Of a stretch of 64,000 nt of DNA, positions 47,210 through 59,800 are shown piece after piece. Both the position numbers and the translations under genes were made by a program. The stretch spans positions 796 to 64,795 of IMG/VR virus record IMGVR_UViG_3300015360_000002, one strand, 5' to 3'. The stretch comes from a virus. Lineage: Duplodnaviria; Caudoviricetes. Under the pieces are notes generated by a model that was given only the letters and a program-made list of their open reading frames with translations, ran no database searches and was not told where the DNA came from. How positions within the stretch are numbered: the first letter of the stretch is position 1; every line of letters starts with the position of its first letter.

Positions 47210-47490
47210 TCCCCACGAAGTCAACTACCGTGCGATCGCTCCTTGCGCCTGTCGTTGCCGCCAAAGTGGCGGACGACCCGCTCTCTCTCGCCATAGCGAG
47301 TTTGGCGGAATCCATCGCTATACTGAAGGGCACATTCGCCCATGCCCCCGTGGCAATCGAAGTGGCTCCATCCCCGGCTCCTCATGTCACAATTCAGATG
47401 CCGAGCGACCGGCCAAAAAAGATGCGCTTTACCATTCATCGCGATCGTTCTGGCCGCATCGAATCAATCGATGCTGAAAACCTCCGTTAA
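47206..47490 (+). CDS. Hypothetical protein (C-terminal RD.SGRI motif)
   Basis: ATGA-coupled ORF with a P/V/A linker. Confidence 0.5.
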   Translation: MIPTKSTTVRSLLAPVVAAKVADDPLSLAIASLAESIAILKGTFAHAPVAIEVAPSPAPHVTIQMPSDRPKKMRFTIHRDRSGRIESIDAENLR

Positions 47491-47501
47491 CCAACAATAA
47501 T

Positions 47502-47942
47502 ATGAGCATGTCCAACGCGGCGGAAGCCGCTCTCCTCGATCTTTTATTCCTGAACGCTGCCTGGGGCAACGTCGGTGATGCCTCGGGTCTTCAGCCAAGC
47601 GGCGCGGCGGGCTCTTTCTACGTTTCCTTGCACACGGCCGACCCCGGCGAAGCGGGTACGCAGGCGACGAACGAAGCCGCTTACACCGGGTACGGCCGTG
47701 TGGCAGTTGCCCGAACTGCGGGAGGATTTGTCCGTTCGGTCAGCACGGTGAGTAATGTTGCGACAATCCAGTTCGACGAATGCACGGCTGGTTCGGCCAC
47801 CATCACCCATTTCTCGATTGGCCTGGCGTCGTCAGGTGCAGGCATGATCGGAGTGTCGGGTACGCTGACCACCTCTCGCTCGATCTCAGCCGGCATCACC
47901 CCGCTGTTCAACGCAGGCACGCTTTCGGCGACGGTCGATTAA
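47502..47942 (+). CDS. Virion fibre/decoration protein
   Basis: YVSLHTADPGEAG...EAAYTGY.RVAV, ITHFSIG motif common in phage structural cassettes. Confidence 0.7.
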   Translation: MSMSNAAEAALLDLLFLNAAWGNVGDASGLQPSGAAGSFYVSLHTADPGEAGTQATNEAAYTGYGRVAVARTAGGFVRSVSTVSNVATIQFDECTAGSATITHFSIGLASSGAGMIGVSGTLTTSRSISAGITPLFNAGTLSATVD

Positions 47943-47946
47943 TTCG

Positions 47947-48813
47947 ATGGCTTTTAAGCGCGGACTTTCCGACGTGCTCGACGCCTACGAAGCGGGCCGA
48001 GTTCACACCCAGAGGTTCCAGAAAAACGCTGGGACGGCGCACGCGCTGCAATGGGCGGATTGCACGTTTGCCTCGGGCCAGCCGGGGTACGATGCGCGGG
48101 TGGGTCCTGCCGGGTCATTCACCCCGGCGATCGCCTCTCGGAATGACGCGATTTATTTTCCTCCCATACTGTCCGGGCAGGAACGCTACCTCGCATCCTC
48201 CACGTTCTGGGCGCGTCTGGCCTCGTTCAACGGCGAGGGCTCACTGGTCATATTCGATCTGCTTGGGTATTACCCATTGATCGACGGAGACTCGACCGAT
48301 GACCAGGCGATGGACAACACGTTGCCCTTGCCCCGCTACACGTCTGGCGAAGGAGTCGGCATCGTCGTGGTGAACCACATCGCTCCCCAGCTCCAAGCGG
48401 GGACGATGACTCTGACCTACACGGACCAATCGGATGTTCAGAATACAATCACAGTCAGTGTTCCGGCTCAGGGGCAGAATCTCGTCTGTTCCGGGCAGGA
48501 TGCGGCGAGCCTGAACACAACAACGATCACGCTACCACTGGCCAACGGATCGAGAGGCGTGAAGCGCATTGACTCGGTGACGTTCAGCACGGCCCCCGGC
48601 GGGTTGTTCTGCTTCTACCTCGTGAAGCTCCTGGCGACCTCAACCTTTGCCGGGGACAACAACGTCGCGACCGAGAAAAGCTACCTCACCCAAAACGGCT
48701 GCGCTATGCCTCGCATCTATGACGGCGCTTGGGTTGGCTGGTTTGATCGCATCGGCGCGGGGACCAGCCGAACGGTTTCTTGGTTCGGGGACTTAACTTT
48801 CATCTGGGGGTAA
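47947..48813 (+). CDS. Virion structural protein
   Basis: Probable paralogue of the next gene (LPRYT.G.G, LPLA.G..GV, ending FIWG). Confidence 0.6.
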   Translation: MAFKRGLSDVLDAYEAGRVHTQRFQKNAGTAHALQWADCTFASGQPGYDARVGPAGSFTPAIASRNDAIYFPPILSGQERYLASSTFWARLASFNGEGSLVIFDLLGYYPLIDGDSTDDQAMDNTLPLPRYTSGEGVGIVVVNHIAPQLQAGTMTLTYTDQSDVQNTITVSVPAQGQNLVCSGQDAASLNTTTITLPLANGSRGVKRIDSVTFSTAPGGLFCFYLVKLLATSTFAGDNNVATEKSYLTQNGCAMPRIYDGAWVGWFDRIGAGTSRTVSWFGDLTFIWG

Positions 48814-48817
48814 TATT

Positions 48818-49702
48818 ATGGCAATTCAATCACTCGACCAACTCATTTCCGCGATCACGGCTGGCAAGACCACTCGTTACGACTGGAACAAAATCACGGG
48901 CGCTGCCGCCTACGCGCTTGGGCGCTGGTACGACACGAGCGCATTGGGCGGCTTGCCGCTCGCAAACGCCTACCCCGGCACGGCGCTTGCGTGGGTGACG
49001 TGCGATGAGGCAGCGGGCAACGGCACGCAAATCTTCGGTATGCCTCACGGTGGAGACGTCTCCGCCGACTTGAAGCACCTGCTCAACATGAGTGCCTGGA
49101 CCACGGCGGCCACGGGGGTTCCGGGGACGCTCATGCTCGTCGACGTACAAGGGTACTGGGGCGGGATCAACATGAACACGCTCTCGGCTCAGAATCTCAC
49201 GGGCACGCCGACACTCCGCTACACGAATGGAGCGGGGTGCAGGCTGTTTCTGACGGCTCGGGCTACCACGGGAGCGGTGGCGCACAATCTGTCGCTGAGC
49301 TACTCGAACTCTGTTCCGACCTCGGGTCGGGCGATGCCTGTCACGGTCGCGTGTACTGCCTCGGCCATCACGCCTCATATCGTGCATTCCGGCGTCGCTG
49401 CAAATAACTACGGACCATTCCTCCCTCTGGCGTCGGGCGACACGGGCGTTTCGACGGTGGCGTCCGTTACGCTTTCCGCAGCGTCGGGTACGGCGTCGAC
49501 GGCGGCTCTCGTTCTTTGCCGACCCCTCGCGCAGATCACGCTTTCGGTGGTGGGGCTCATGACCGAAAAGGATTTGCTCAATCAAATTCCGAGCCTGCCG
49601 CAGATCAAAGACGGCGCGTGCCTTGCTTGGCTTTGGGGCGCTGGGGGTGCGACTGCCGCAAGTACGACGTTCGCGGGCGGCACGGAGTTTGTCTGGGGTT
49701 GA
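48818..49702 (+). CDS. Virion structural protein
   Basis: RYTNGAG, PFLPLASGDTGV, LPQIKDGACL, ending FVWG. Confidence 0.6.
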   Translation: MAIQSLDQLISAITAGKTTRYDWNKITGAAAYALGRWYDTSALGGLPLANAYPGTALAWVTCDEAAGNGTQIFGMPHGGDVSADLKHLLNMSAWTTAATGVPGTLMLVDVQGYWGGINMNTLSAQNLTGTPTLRYTNGAGCRLFLTARATTGAVAHNLSLSYSNSVPTSGRAMPVTVACTASAITPHIVHSGVAANNYGPFLPLASGDTGVSTVASVTLSAASGTASTAALVLCRPLAQITLSVVGLMTEKDLLNQIPSLPQIKDGACLAWLWGAGGATAASTTFAGGTEFVWG

Positions 49703-49705
49703 CCC

Positions 49706-50557
49706 ATGGCCGTTTATCCGAATAACCGCTACATGCTCCGTTCGCCTGGCCGACATTTCGGCCCGGCGACGGGTCTTGGCGTGTTTGGGCGCGGGCGCTC
49801 AGACCAGATGAACAGGTTTGTCGGGGGAACCTACGCCCCGACGGCGAGCACGCCGGACGGTTATGGTGTGGCAGGCTGGGTCCCCTCGATCAAAGCGGGG
49901 TCCATGGGAGGTTACGCCTTTGTCGATGTCGTGGCAGCGGGCGACATCCTTCAGGGTGGACCTATGGCAGGTTCGGCGACGGTCACGATCACGCCCGGCG
50001 ACTGGGACCTCTCCCTGACGATCGGCATGAGCGGAACGTCCACCATTGAGCTGACGACAGCCAATTGGAACCTCGCGGGTGTCATTGGCATGGCGGGCAC
50101 GGCCGCGGTCACGCTCACGGCGGACGGATGGAACCTCGGGTCGATCATCCCCTTCGGAGGATCGTCTTCGTTTGGCTTCAGCGGGGATGCTAACCTGAAG
50201 GGGCTGCTCAGCATGAGTGGTGAAAGCACGCCGTTCGCCGATCTCTCGGCGCAGTCCCTTGCCCGAGCCGTTTGGGAATATGAAATTCGTTCGACGGAGC
50301 CCGCAGCCGACATGCTTGCCGGGGCCTACGACAACGCGGGTGGCGGAGGCGGGGGACTCACCGTACCCCAAGCGAACCAGCTTACGTCAGTCTACAACAA
50401 CAGCGTCACCACGACCCCTCAAATCGACGACATCGTAAAAGTTCATGGCCTTGATCCGCTCAATCCACTTGTTGTAACGGCAAGCACGCGCAAAGCGGGA
50501 GATGTCGACCAAACTATCGTGGACTCAAGCGGGACCGTGACCGTCACACGACTATGA
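49706..50557 (+). CDS. Virion structural / fibre-like protein
   Basis: G/T/S-rich ~20-aa beta repeats (M.G...v.lT...W.L). Confidence 0.55.
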   Translation: MAVYPNNRYMLRSPGRHFGPATGLGVFGRGRSDQMNRFVGGTYAPTASTPDGYGVAGWVPSIKAGSMGGYAFVDVVAAGDILQGGPMAGSATVTITPGDWDLSLTIGMSGTSTIELTTANWNLAGVIGMAGTAAVTLTADGWNLGSIIPFGGSSSFGFSGDANLKGLLSMSGESTPFADLSAQSLARAVWEYEIRSTEPAADMLAGAYDNAGGGGGGLTVPQANQLTSVYNNSVTTTPQIDDIVKVHGLDPLNPLVVTASTRKAGDVDQTIVDSSGTVTVTRL

Positions 50558-50805
50558 GCCCGCGCGCAATAGCCACCCAAGGTCTCGGATTCGGGACGCT
50601 CTACGTCGCCGTCCTCGGACTCTTGCCATTGGCGCAGCCGGTCGAACCGGCGCCATCCATCGTCAGAAGTGGTCTTCAGGTAATGCAACCCACCATCCGC
50701 GGAACGGATGATCCAGAGTTGCACCAGTACCTCCAAAACGCGGCGGAAGAGGAGGAGATTCTTGTGATTCTACACTGCATCAGCGCATTCACTGACATCC
50801 GATGA
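50554..50805 (+). CDS. Hypothetical protein
   Basis: AIATQG start and EEEEIL end, coupled at both ends. Confidence 0.55.
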   Translation: MSPRAIATQGLGFGTLYVAVLGLLPLAQPVEPAPSIVRSGLQVMQPTIRGTDDPELHQYLQNAAEEEEILVILHCISAFTDIR

Positions 50806-53800
50806 CATTCAACGCTCTTGAACGGTGCCTCAAAAATGCGGGCAAAGCATTCTCTCCTAAAGAGGCGAACTTACTGCGCCGTCTTGCTGAACAATATGCC
50901 CAGGACGGAGCAAATGCGCTCGTCGCTTCGCAAAAGGCAGTCAAGTCCATCGCAGTGGTCTACAAGGCGAACCTCGAAAAGCTCAATGCGCACTACGAGG
51001 AAATGGGCGCCGTTATGCCGGTCAGAACGGGTTCACCAACCAAACTGTCAGAAAACTATGCGCCTCCGGAAAAAGGCAAACGCGCACGGTGGTCAGTCGG
51101 GCTCACGCCAGACGGCAATGAGGATCTCCTCAGCGTAATCGAACAGTTGGGCGGAATCCGTGTTCCATCAGCCACACGCAATTCTGGGGGCGAGTTGAAC
51201 GGTTTTGCTGAAACCTTCAATACGGGTATGGCTCGCCTCCTTCGACGCACCAATGCAACGGCGTCGACGGTCGATCAGCTACTTGGCGAACTTCCGTCCT
51301 ACGGTTACACGTTTGACACGCCCGACCAGCTTTATTCAGCAGTGCTGAAAGCAATGGAAACGCGCCGAAAGGTTCACAAAAATCAAAAGACTCAGGCTTA
51401 CGAAAATGCTTTCGATGAAGCGTTCCTTGGCAACGAGCAGAAGAAGCCCATGCTGCGCGCTGGAAAACCTGTCACGATTGACGATCTTGGCGTTGGCGAC
51501 TCTTTCGAGGTTAATGGAGAGAAGTTCACGGTCAAAAACGTGGACGAGGATGGGAACGTAACCATTAAAGACGGAATCACCCGGACGATCCCTCCTGACA
51601 CCGTCGTTTATCCCGACCGCGGCGAGGTCAAGCCGGCCAAACGCGACGCCACGTTTGCTCCAACGCCTCCAAAAAACGAACCCGATCCGAGATTTGGACC
51701 ACGCAAAGCCGTTCAACCGGATCTCATTCCCGAGGGCGATATTGAAATGACTCTCGACGGCGGCACGCAGGCCGACCCTGCATACCTCCTGAAGCAAAAA
51801 GAGGAGCAGGAAGCGGCGAAGAAGAAGTTGGAAGACGATCAAATCAAGATCCCTGAAGCCGAAAACACGCCGAAGAGAAACCCACTCCTTCCGAATCGCG
51901 ACTCCGTCTTGCCTGATGTGAATCAGCCCAAAGACACCCCGGCATCACCCGCTCCAGCCGGCGTCAAGAAGCCATCACGATTCGGCGGAAAGCGGCCCAG
52001 TGCCGAAACCCAGAAACTCGGCGACGATATTTTCGGCGCGCCCGCTGAAAATACCTCGAATGAAAAGTACGGGAAGAAATTCGGCACGAACCTGGCGAAG
52101 GCAAATCAGTTTGTTGATACCATTGTGCGGGACTTTCCTGATGTGACGAGCCGTGAAATGCTGGCCGCGTACATCGAGGAGTTTTTCCCGAATGCGAAAC
52201 CTTATTCGGAGGCGTTGTTCCGCAACCTTGGCAGCGCGATCGACGTCGATGAAACCGGAGGAATCGACTCGTGGGATTCATTTTACACGCCTGCGGACGA
52301 GACTCCGTCGACGCAGCCCCCACCGACTCCGCCACCTGCACCGCTTCCAAAATCGGGAACGATCGCGGAACGATCGTTGGAGGCAGCAAAACTCATTGAG
52401 GCGAGAATCAACACCAACCCGGCCGAGATGACTTGGCGTGAATTGTTCGCGCTCACAGACCAGGCATTTGGCGGCACACAAGCCGATGGGACATACACCG
52501 TCAAAGATGCTTACGACGCTTTGGAGACGGCCGTAAACCGATACATCCTTGTGCGTCTTCCAATGCCCGTGGACGGTTCCGTCCCTACGGCGCTCAACTA
52601 CATTCAGGAGCTGAATACCCTTCTATCGCGAATTCCGACGCAGACAAAGCGCAGCCAAGAGCAGGATCGGATGCAGCAGTTTTCCACCCCGCCACCGTTG
52701 TCTTTCGTCGCCAATTGGGTCGCGAATTTGAACGAGAACGACATCTACCTGGAGCCGAGTGCTGGAGTCGGCGGGCTGGCAGTGTTCGCCAAGTCCATCG
52801 ACGTAGGGGCTATCATCGCGAATGAGTTGTCGATGGCGCGCTCATCAATTCTTAATTTGAGCGACATTCCTGATGTCGTAATCACCGAAAATGCCGAAGT
52901 GCTTCACGCGATCGTGAACAACAAGATCGCTCGCGGTGATTTGCTGCGACCCACAGTGGTTGTGATGAACCCGCCGTTCTCCAATAGTACTGCGGGAGTC
53001 CTTGGTGACACGATGGTCGGCGCGAGGCACATCATGGAGGCTTTGAAGATCCTGCCTCCGGGTGGTCGATTGGTCGCAATCGTCGGCGAGGGTATGGCAA
53101 TGGACAAACCCACTTTCCGGGTATGGTGGAAAGACCTCGGCACTAAATACAACGTCCGCGCCAATATCCACGTAGACGGGAAGAATTACACGAAATACGG
53201 CACGAGTTTCGGCGTTCAGCTTGTCGTCATCGACAAGCCGCTGGCAAATGAAGTGGTAGGCGTAGTGAATCCGATTGTTGCTGAAGTTGACTTGATTGAA
53301 CAACTACCTAACCTGTTAGAGGGGATTCGCAATGATCGCAAACCAATCAAACTTGAAAAGCCTGAAACACCGGCCGATAAACCAAGCGGCGGCAAACCGC
53401 CTACGGGAAATCGACCCAAGTTGGACGCCCCACGAGGACCTACCAGTCCTCGAACTGGCGATGGCGGTTCTCCCCGAGGAGGATCCCCGGCTGCCAACGG
53501 TGGTGCAGCAAACCAGAACCCCAGCGTCCCAACGGCAAGCACTCCGCCACTTGGAGACGTACCTGACGCCGGACGGCCTGATGGCGGGGACGCCGGAGGA
53601 CGCAGCGTCACTGATAGCGGACGAGCTTCAAGCGAACAACCCGCTGGAGTAGATCCAGCCGACGCGGACAGCGCCCCACAGGGCAATGAAGACGACGAGG
53701 TCTATTCGGACTATACGCCGACCAAGGTTGCATCTGACGGATCCCAAAAGCATCCAACTCCGTTGGTTGAGAGTGCGGCAATGGCGTCGGTCGCGCCGCC

Positions 53801-56800
53801 TGACCCGACATATAAGCCGGACCTCCCGAGAAGCGTCATTGAGAACTCCCTTTCTCACGCCCAACTGGAAAATGTAGTTTACGCGGGACAAGCGCATCAG
53901 AAATTTGCGCCCACTGGCGAGCGGCGTGGATACTTCATTGGCGACGGCACTGGTGTAGGCAAAGGCCGGCAGATTGCGGCGATCATCCTTGATAACCTTC
54001 GCCAAGGACGAAAAAAGGCAGTCTGGGTCTCAAAGTCCTCAAATCTCATTGCCGATGCCAAGCGGGACATGGCCGACACGGGATTGGACCCAGAGAGGAT
54101 TCACCTGTTCAACAAGGTTGCAAAATCTGGACGAGGAGGAATTACCATGCCGGGAGGGACTGGCATTGTATTTTCGACGTACCAAACACTTTCAGGAGAT
54201 AACTCAGGATTCAACGCGGATGGAGAATTGATCGAGGGGCTGAAGAAGAGTCGCATTCAACAACTGGTTGATTGGCTGGGCAAAGACTTCGATGGCGTTA
54301 TCGCGTTCGATGAAGCCCACCAAGCCGGCAATTCGATCACGATGAAGAGCGATCGCGGCAAGAAGGGAGCATCACTGATGGGTATGGCGGTTGTCGATCT
54401 TCAGAGGGCACTGCCCAAGGCTCGTGTGGTTTACGTGTCGGCCACAGGCGCCACTGAGGTATCGAATCTCGCCTACGCGGAACGGTTGGGCATTTGGGGA
54501 CCAGGTACACCATTTCCGAACAAGCTGAAATTCATTCAGGAGATGGCCGCTGGAGGGGTTAGCGCGATGGAGATTATCGCTCGCGACCTCAAGGCACTGG
54601 GATCGTACCTCGCTCGAACCCTCAGTTTCAGGGGCATTCAGTATGATCGAGTTGAGCAGACATTAACGACCGATCAACGCACCAACTACGATAAAATCGC
54701 CGAAGGGTGGCAGACTGTTTTCCAAAATATGGACCAAGCGATGACCGTTTCTGGTGCATCGCAAAATCAGCAGGCGAGGAGAAACGCGCGTGGAAAGTTC
54801 TTTGGTTCTCAGCAGCGGTTTTTCAACCAATTGCTGACCGCGATGACGATGCCCGCGGTAATCAAGGACGCAAAGAAGCACATCGAGGACGGAAAATCGG
54901 TCGTCTTTCAGCTTACCAACACGAACAAGGCGGGCCTCGACCGCGAGCTGGCTCGCTTGGACGAAGAAGAAAGCGACAGTCTCGACAGTCTCGATCTCTC
55001 CCCGAAGGACATACTTCTTCAGTACGTCGCCAACTCATTCCCGACGGCAAAATGGGTAGAGGTAGCGGACGAGAATGGCGAGCCTGGCACCACGAAGTGG
55101 ATCATTCTGAAAGACAATGAAGGGAACATCATCGAAGACCCGGAAGCGGTTGAGTTGAAAAATAAAACACTGAACTCGATCGCGGATCTTCAAATGCCCG
55201 AGAACCCAATTGAGATGATCCTCAATACGTTCGGCTCAGAGAACGTCGCCGAAATCACGGGTCGCGACTCTCGCGTTGTGCGTAAAACCACCGACGAAGG
55301 CGCGATCAAGCTCGTGCTCGAAAAGGGGCGATCGGACAGGACCGCACAGGTTGAGGCGCAGGATTTTCAAGATGGGAAACGACGCCTTTTGATTTTCTCG
55401 GGCAAGGGCGGAACCGGTTTCTCGTACCATGCCAGCCGAAAAGCCAAGAATCAGCAGCAGCGAATTCACTATCTCGTGCAGGCCGGATGGAGGGCCGACA
55501 TGGCGCTTCAGGGGTTTGGCCGAACACATCGCAGCGACCAAGCGCATACCCCAATCTACAAATTGGCCATGACGGACCTTCAAGGCCATAAACGGTTTGT
55601 CAGTTCCGTTGCGCGCCGCCTGGAGCAACTTGGGGCACTCACTACCGGCGATCGTCAAACAGCAACCAAGGGAATGTTTTCGGAGAAGGACAACCTCGAA
55701 AGTGAGTACGCTGAAAACGCGGTCGAATCACTTTTCGTGCGGCTCTATAGTAACAAACTCCCGAACTTTAACTTCGGCACCATCACCAAAAAAATGGGTT
55801 TCGGTCAAACCATTGGTGGGGAGTGGGTGAACTCCCTCATGGACCCCAAAACTGGTTCCATTAATCTCTCCAAGATTCCGACCGTTCAGCAATTCCTGAA
55901 TCGCATTCTTTCGCTTCCATTCGAGGAACAGAACGGCCTGTTCGACGTGTTTACGAGAATCTTGGAGCAGTCGATCGAAATGGCGAAGGAGCGCGGGACA
56001 TTCGACCCTGGAATGCAGTCCTACAAGGCCGACACCATCGAAATTAAATCCGATGAAGTCGTTTGGGAAGATCCAAACTCAAGCGCAAAAACTAGGATCG
56101 TAGACATTGAGACCACAGACCCCGTGAGGTTCCGATCACTCGAATCTGTTCAGCAATGGGCCATCACTGATCCGATCGTGAAATACGTTCAGAATAACCA
56201 GAGTAAGCGCGTCTATGCGCTGGCGGAGGCACACCCGAGAACCAATCAAGATGGAACAATCGAGCCTGTTTTTAGGCGCTCTGGTGTGCGGGAAGGGTCA
56301 GACTATATCCCTGAAAAAGAATTCAATGCATCGAAGTACAAAACGCTTCAATCAAGTGAAGTTCTGGCACTTTGGAACGAGGAAATCAGGACTGCCGACA
56401 AAATTCACCGAACCAACGCCAATTTCATCGTTGGGTCGTTCCTCCCGATTTGGGACCGAATCAAAATTGCATCACCAAAAATCTATCGGTTCACGGTGAA
56501 TAAGGGCGAAAAAAATGGTCAGCAAGTCCTCGGTGCCCTGATTCCGCCCCAGTCACTCGCTGGAGTTCGCAAGCGCCTCTCGGCGAAGAGTGGTTCCGTG
56601 ACGCCGGAAAGTGCTTTCAATAGCCTGATGAACGATGGCAAATCAATCCGGCTCGCGAACAATTGGTTCATCTTTCGTGTGCGCCTTTCCGGAGAATATC
56701 GCATCGAGGTGAGCGACATGAACTACGCAGAGGCAAATGAGTTCGTGAAGTTTATCGGTGGATACTCTGAACGAATCCAATACCGCGAACGATATTTCAT

Positions 56801-59800
56801 TTCCTCGAACCCCAAAACGGGCGTTGAGGTCATGACGAGAGTGCTTGCGAAGAGCCCGATCGTTGAAGGCGAAGAGTTTGGTGCGCCCGGCGAGGAGACT
56901 GCGCCATTGCCATCGTCCACAATCCTAAAGCCTGCGCCCGTGGAAGGCCACGATGGTTTCTTCTATCGCTCCGAGTCTGACTCCCTCCGTGCTTTGGGGT
57001 TTGGAGTGGTCCGGCAAATTTACGAGCGGCGCCCGCAAGCGACCGATCAAGAGCTGGCGCTTGGAATTCTAAGTGTTACAGACGAAGACAAGGCCACGCG
57101 ACTGGCACTCGACCCAAACGAGAATGGAGTGCCTGGATCAGTCAAAACGATCCTCTACGGTGAGTTGATGACTCGCCAAGCAGCGATCATTGCCAACGCA
57201 GACTCGACTCCATTGGCACGAGCCAAAGCCACGCGCCGCCTCCAGCAGATGGACAACGTGAAGGCACCGCAGTTCACGGAGAAGGGTCAGGAAATCAGCG
57301 CACTCCAGCAGGTTTACAAGAACGCCTCCGCCGGTGGTATCGCCCAGTACCTGCACGAAAAAAAGAAGGAGCAGGAGCGTGCGCTCGGCGGCGAGAAGGG
57401 GATGGACGACATCAAAGCGGCCGCTGACGAGCTCAACGAGGTCAACAAGCAGTCGATCGAGGAAGCGACCAAGGCCATGAACAAGGCTCTGCGCGCGATG
57501 CCTCTCACGAAGGGACTTTGGAAGAAATACAAGGATTGGGCCGCGCAACGGGTGTTCGACTGGCTGGACGGAGTTACGTCCCCGCCGAAGGAGCTCGCTG
57601 AGCTCGACCGCTTCACGCGTGAGATTGTCGCCGAAGTGAAGAGCCGGATGAAGGCCGAATTGGGCGACGCGCTCAAACAGCCGAAGCAACCCGAGCGAAG
57701 CCCGTCGGACATCCTCCGTGATGCGATCCTGAACAAGGAGAAGTACAAAGAGGCGTTCGACACAGTTCTAAGAAAGCTCGAAAACAAGCTCGGCGACACC
57801 CATCCGATCGTCATGCAGGCGCATCAGATCCTCGGTGCCATGGGTGTGAAGCCATGGAGCAAGCACGTCCTCGACAAGGCCATAAAAGAGGCGCACGAGG
57901 CAATGGGCTTGAACGTCCGAGAAATCGCGAAGATGCACTACACGAACGCAGATCGCCTTCACCGCGACCTCGCCGACACGCTCTCGGACATTGCTGGAAT
58001 TCCCCAGGCGATGGCCAATGACTTGGCTGACGACTTCGCGAAGCGAATGCAGGAATTGACCATCCAGGCGAAGAAGAAGGCGATTCTTTCGATCATCCAG
58101 CGGCAAAACTCCACGGCCAAGACGCGCGAAAAGATGACGGCGATCGAGCGCGCAGTCCTCCTGAATAACTACGGAGCCATGAGCGTGCCCGAGCTCGCGG
58201 ACCTCGTCGCGAAAGAGCTCAAGCTGCCGCGGGTGAGTACCGAGCAGATGCAGGAAATCGCCCGCATCGGCAATCGCATCGAGACAGCGACCAACATGGC
58301 CGACAAGGCGCGCGCGGAGCTCGACATGCTTCGCACACTCCGGATCGCGCGCGGTTTCACCCGGATGGACGTCAACACGTCGATTTGGTACGCAAATTTG
58401 CTCTCGGGATATACCACTCAGGTCGCGAATGTCGTGGGCAACATGATGACCGGAACGCTGCAACTGGCGACGATCATGGCGACCACTCCGAAGTATGCGG
58501 GCGAGACGTTCCGCGGATGGATCAACGGATTTGGCGAAGGCTGGGCGCAGGGCGCGGCGATCATGAAAACCGGGCGCGGTTCGCGGGAATTCGACACCAA
58601 CAAGGCCGGCGAGGCCGGCAACATCCTGGAACTCGTGGACTTCAATCGGGACTTCCCTGACATGAATGAGCGTTGGGCAAACGCGCGCCAGAAGCACACG
58701 AAGGCTTTGCGGTACGTCACGCGCATGATGAAGGCGGTTGACTCGGTCTTCTATTACCCGGCCCGAGAAGCGTTCGCCAGAGTCGCAGTCGCGAAGCTCA
58801 TTGAGGGTCAGTACCAAGGCAAAGAGCTCATCGACAAGGTTCGCGAAATCCTCGCGATCTCGCCGGACCAATTCGTGAACGCCCGCAAGCGTGCCGAAGC
58901 CGAAGGGTTCACTGGCATCGACCTCGTTCTGCGCACTTCTAATATCATCGAGGAGGCTCGCCGGAAAACCCCGGAGGGCGCTCGGGCGGCGGATGACAGC
59001 GAACAGTTTGCTCTCGAATCCACGTTCAACAATGAGCCAGTCGGATGGGCGGGTATCCTGTACCAGCATCTCGTTCCTCTCACCCAAAGTATTGCCCCCG
59101 GTGGCGTACCGATTTTGCGGGTGTTCCTGCCTTTCCTGCGGGTTCCGACGAATCTGTTCAATGCGTCGCTGAACTTCACTCCGGTTGGAGCCATGCGCGC
59201 CGTCCGTGGAATGCCCACCGAGGCCAAGCGCACGGAAGATGGGAAATACCATATCGAGCGAAAAGAATTCACGGCTGACGAGCGGAAGCGCCTCTACGCC
59301 CAAGCCGTCGGTGGAACTCTTCTCATGGCCGGGCTGGCCGCGCTGGCGCTGACTGGCGGGGACGATGACAAAGAGCGGTGGTTCGACATCACTTCGACCG
59401 GCCCCGATGACTTCAAGAAACGGCAGCAACTTGAGGCGACCGGCTGGCGCCCCCATTCCATCAAGATGGGTGACACGTGGGTGTCCTACAAAGACTCTCC
59501 CCTCCTGTTGGCCCTCGCGGTCACCGGGCATGTCGTGGACGCGGTTCGCTACAGCAAACAGAACGACGAGCTCGCACTTGGCAGCAAGGTTTTCAATGCC
59601 CTCCTGACGGCCCCGCGCGCCATCATGGAGACGTCCATGCTGTCGGGCTTGGGCCAACTCATGGAGTACGCATCGGGCCGCGCGACGGCAAAGCAACTGG
59701 TATCCTTCCTCACCCGGACGGTTAGCAGTGTTGTCGTCCCGAACCTCCTCCAGCAGGTTGACCGGCAGTTTTCGCCAGCGATCAGGGATCCGAATGGGCC

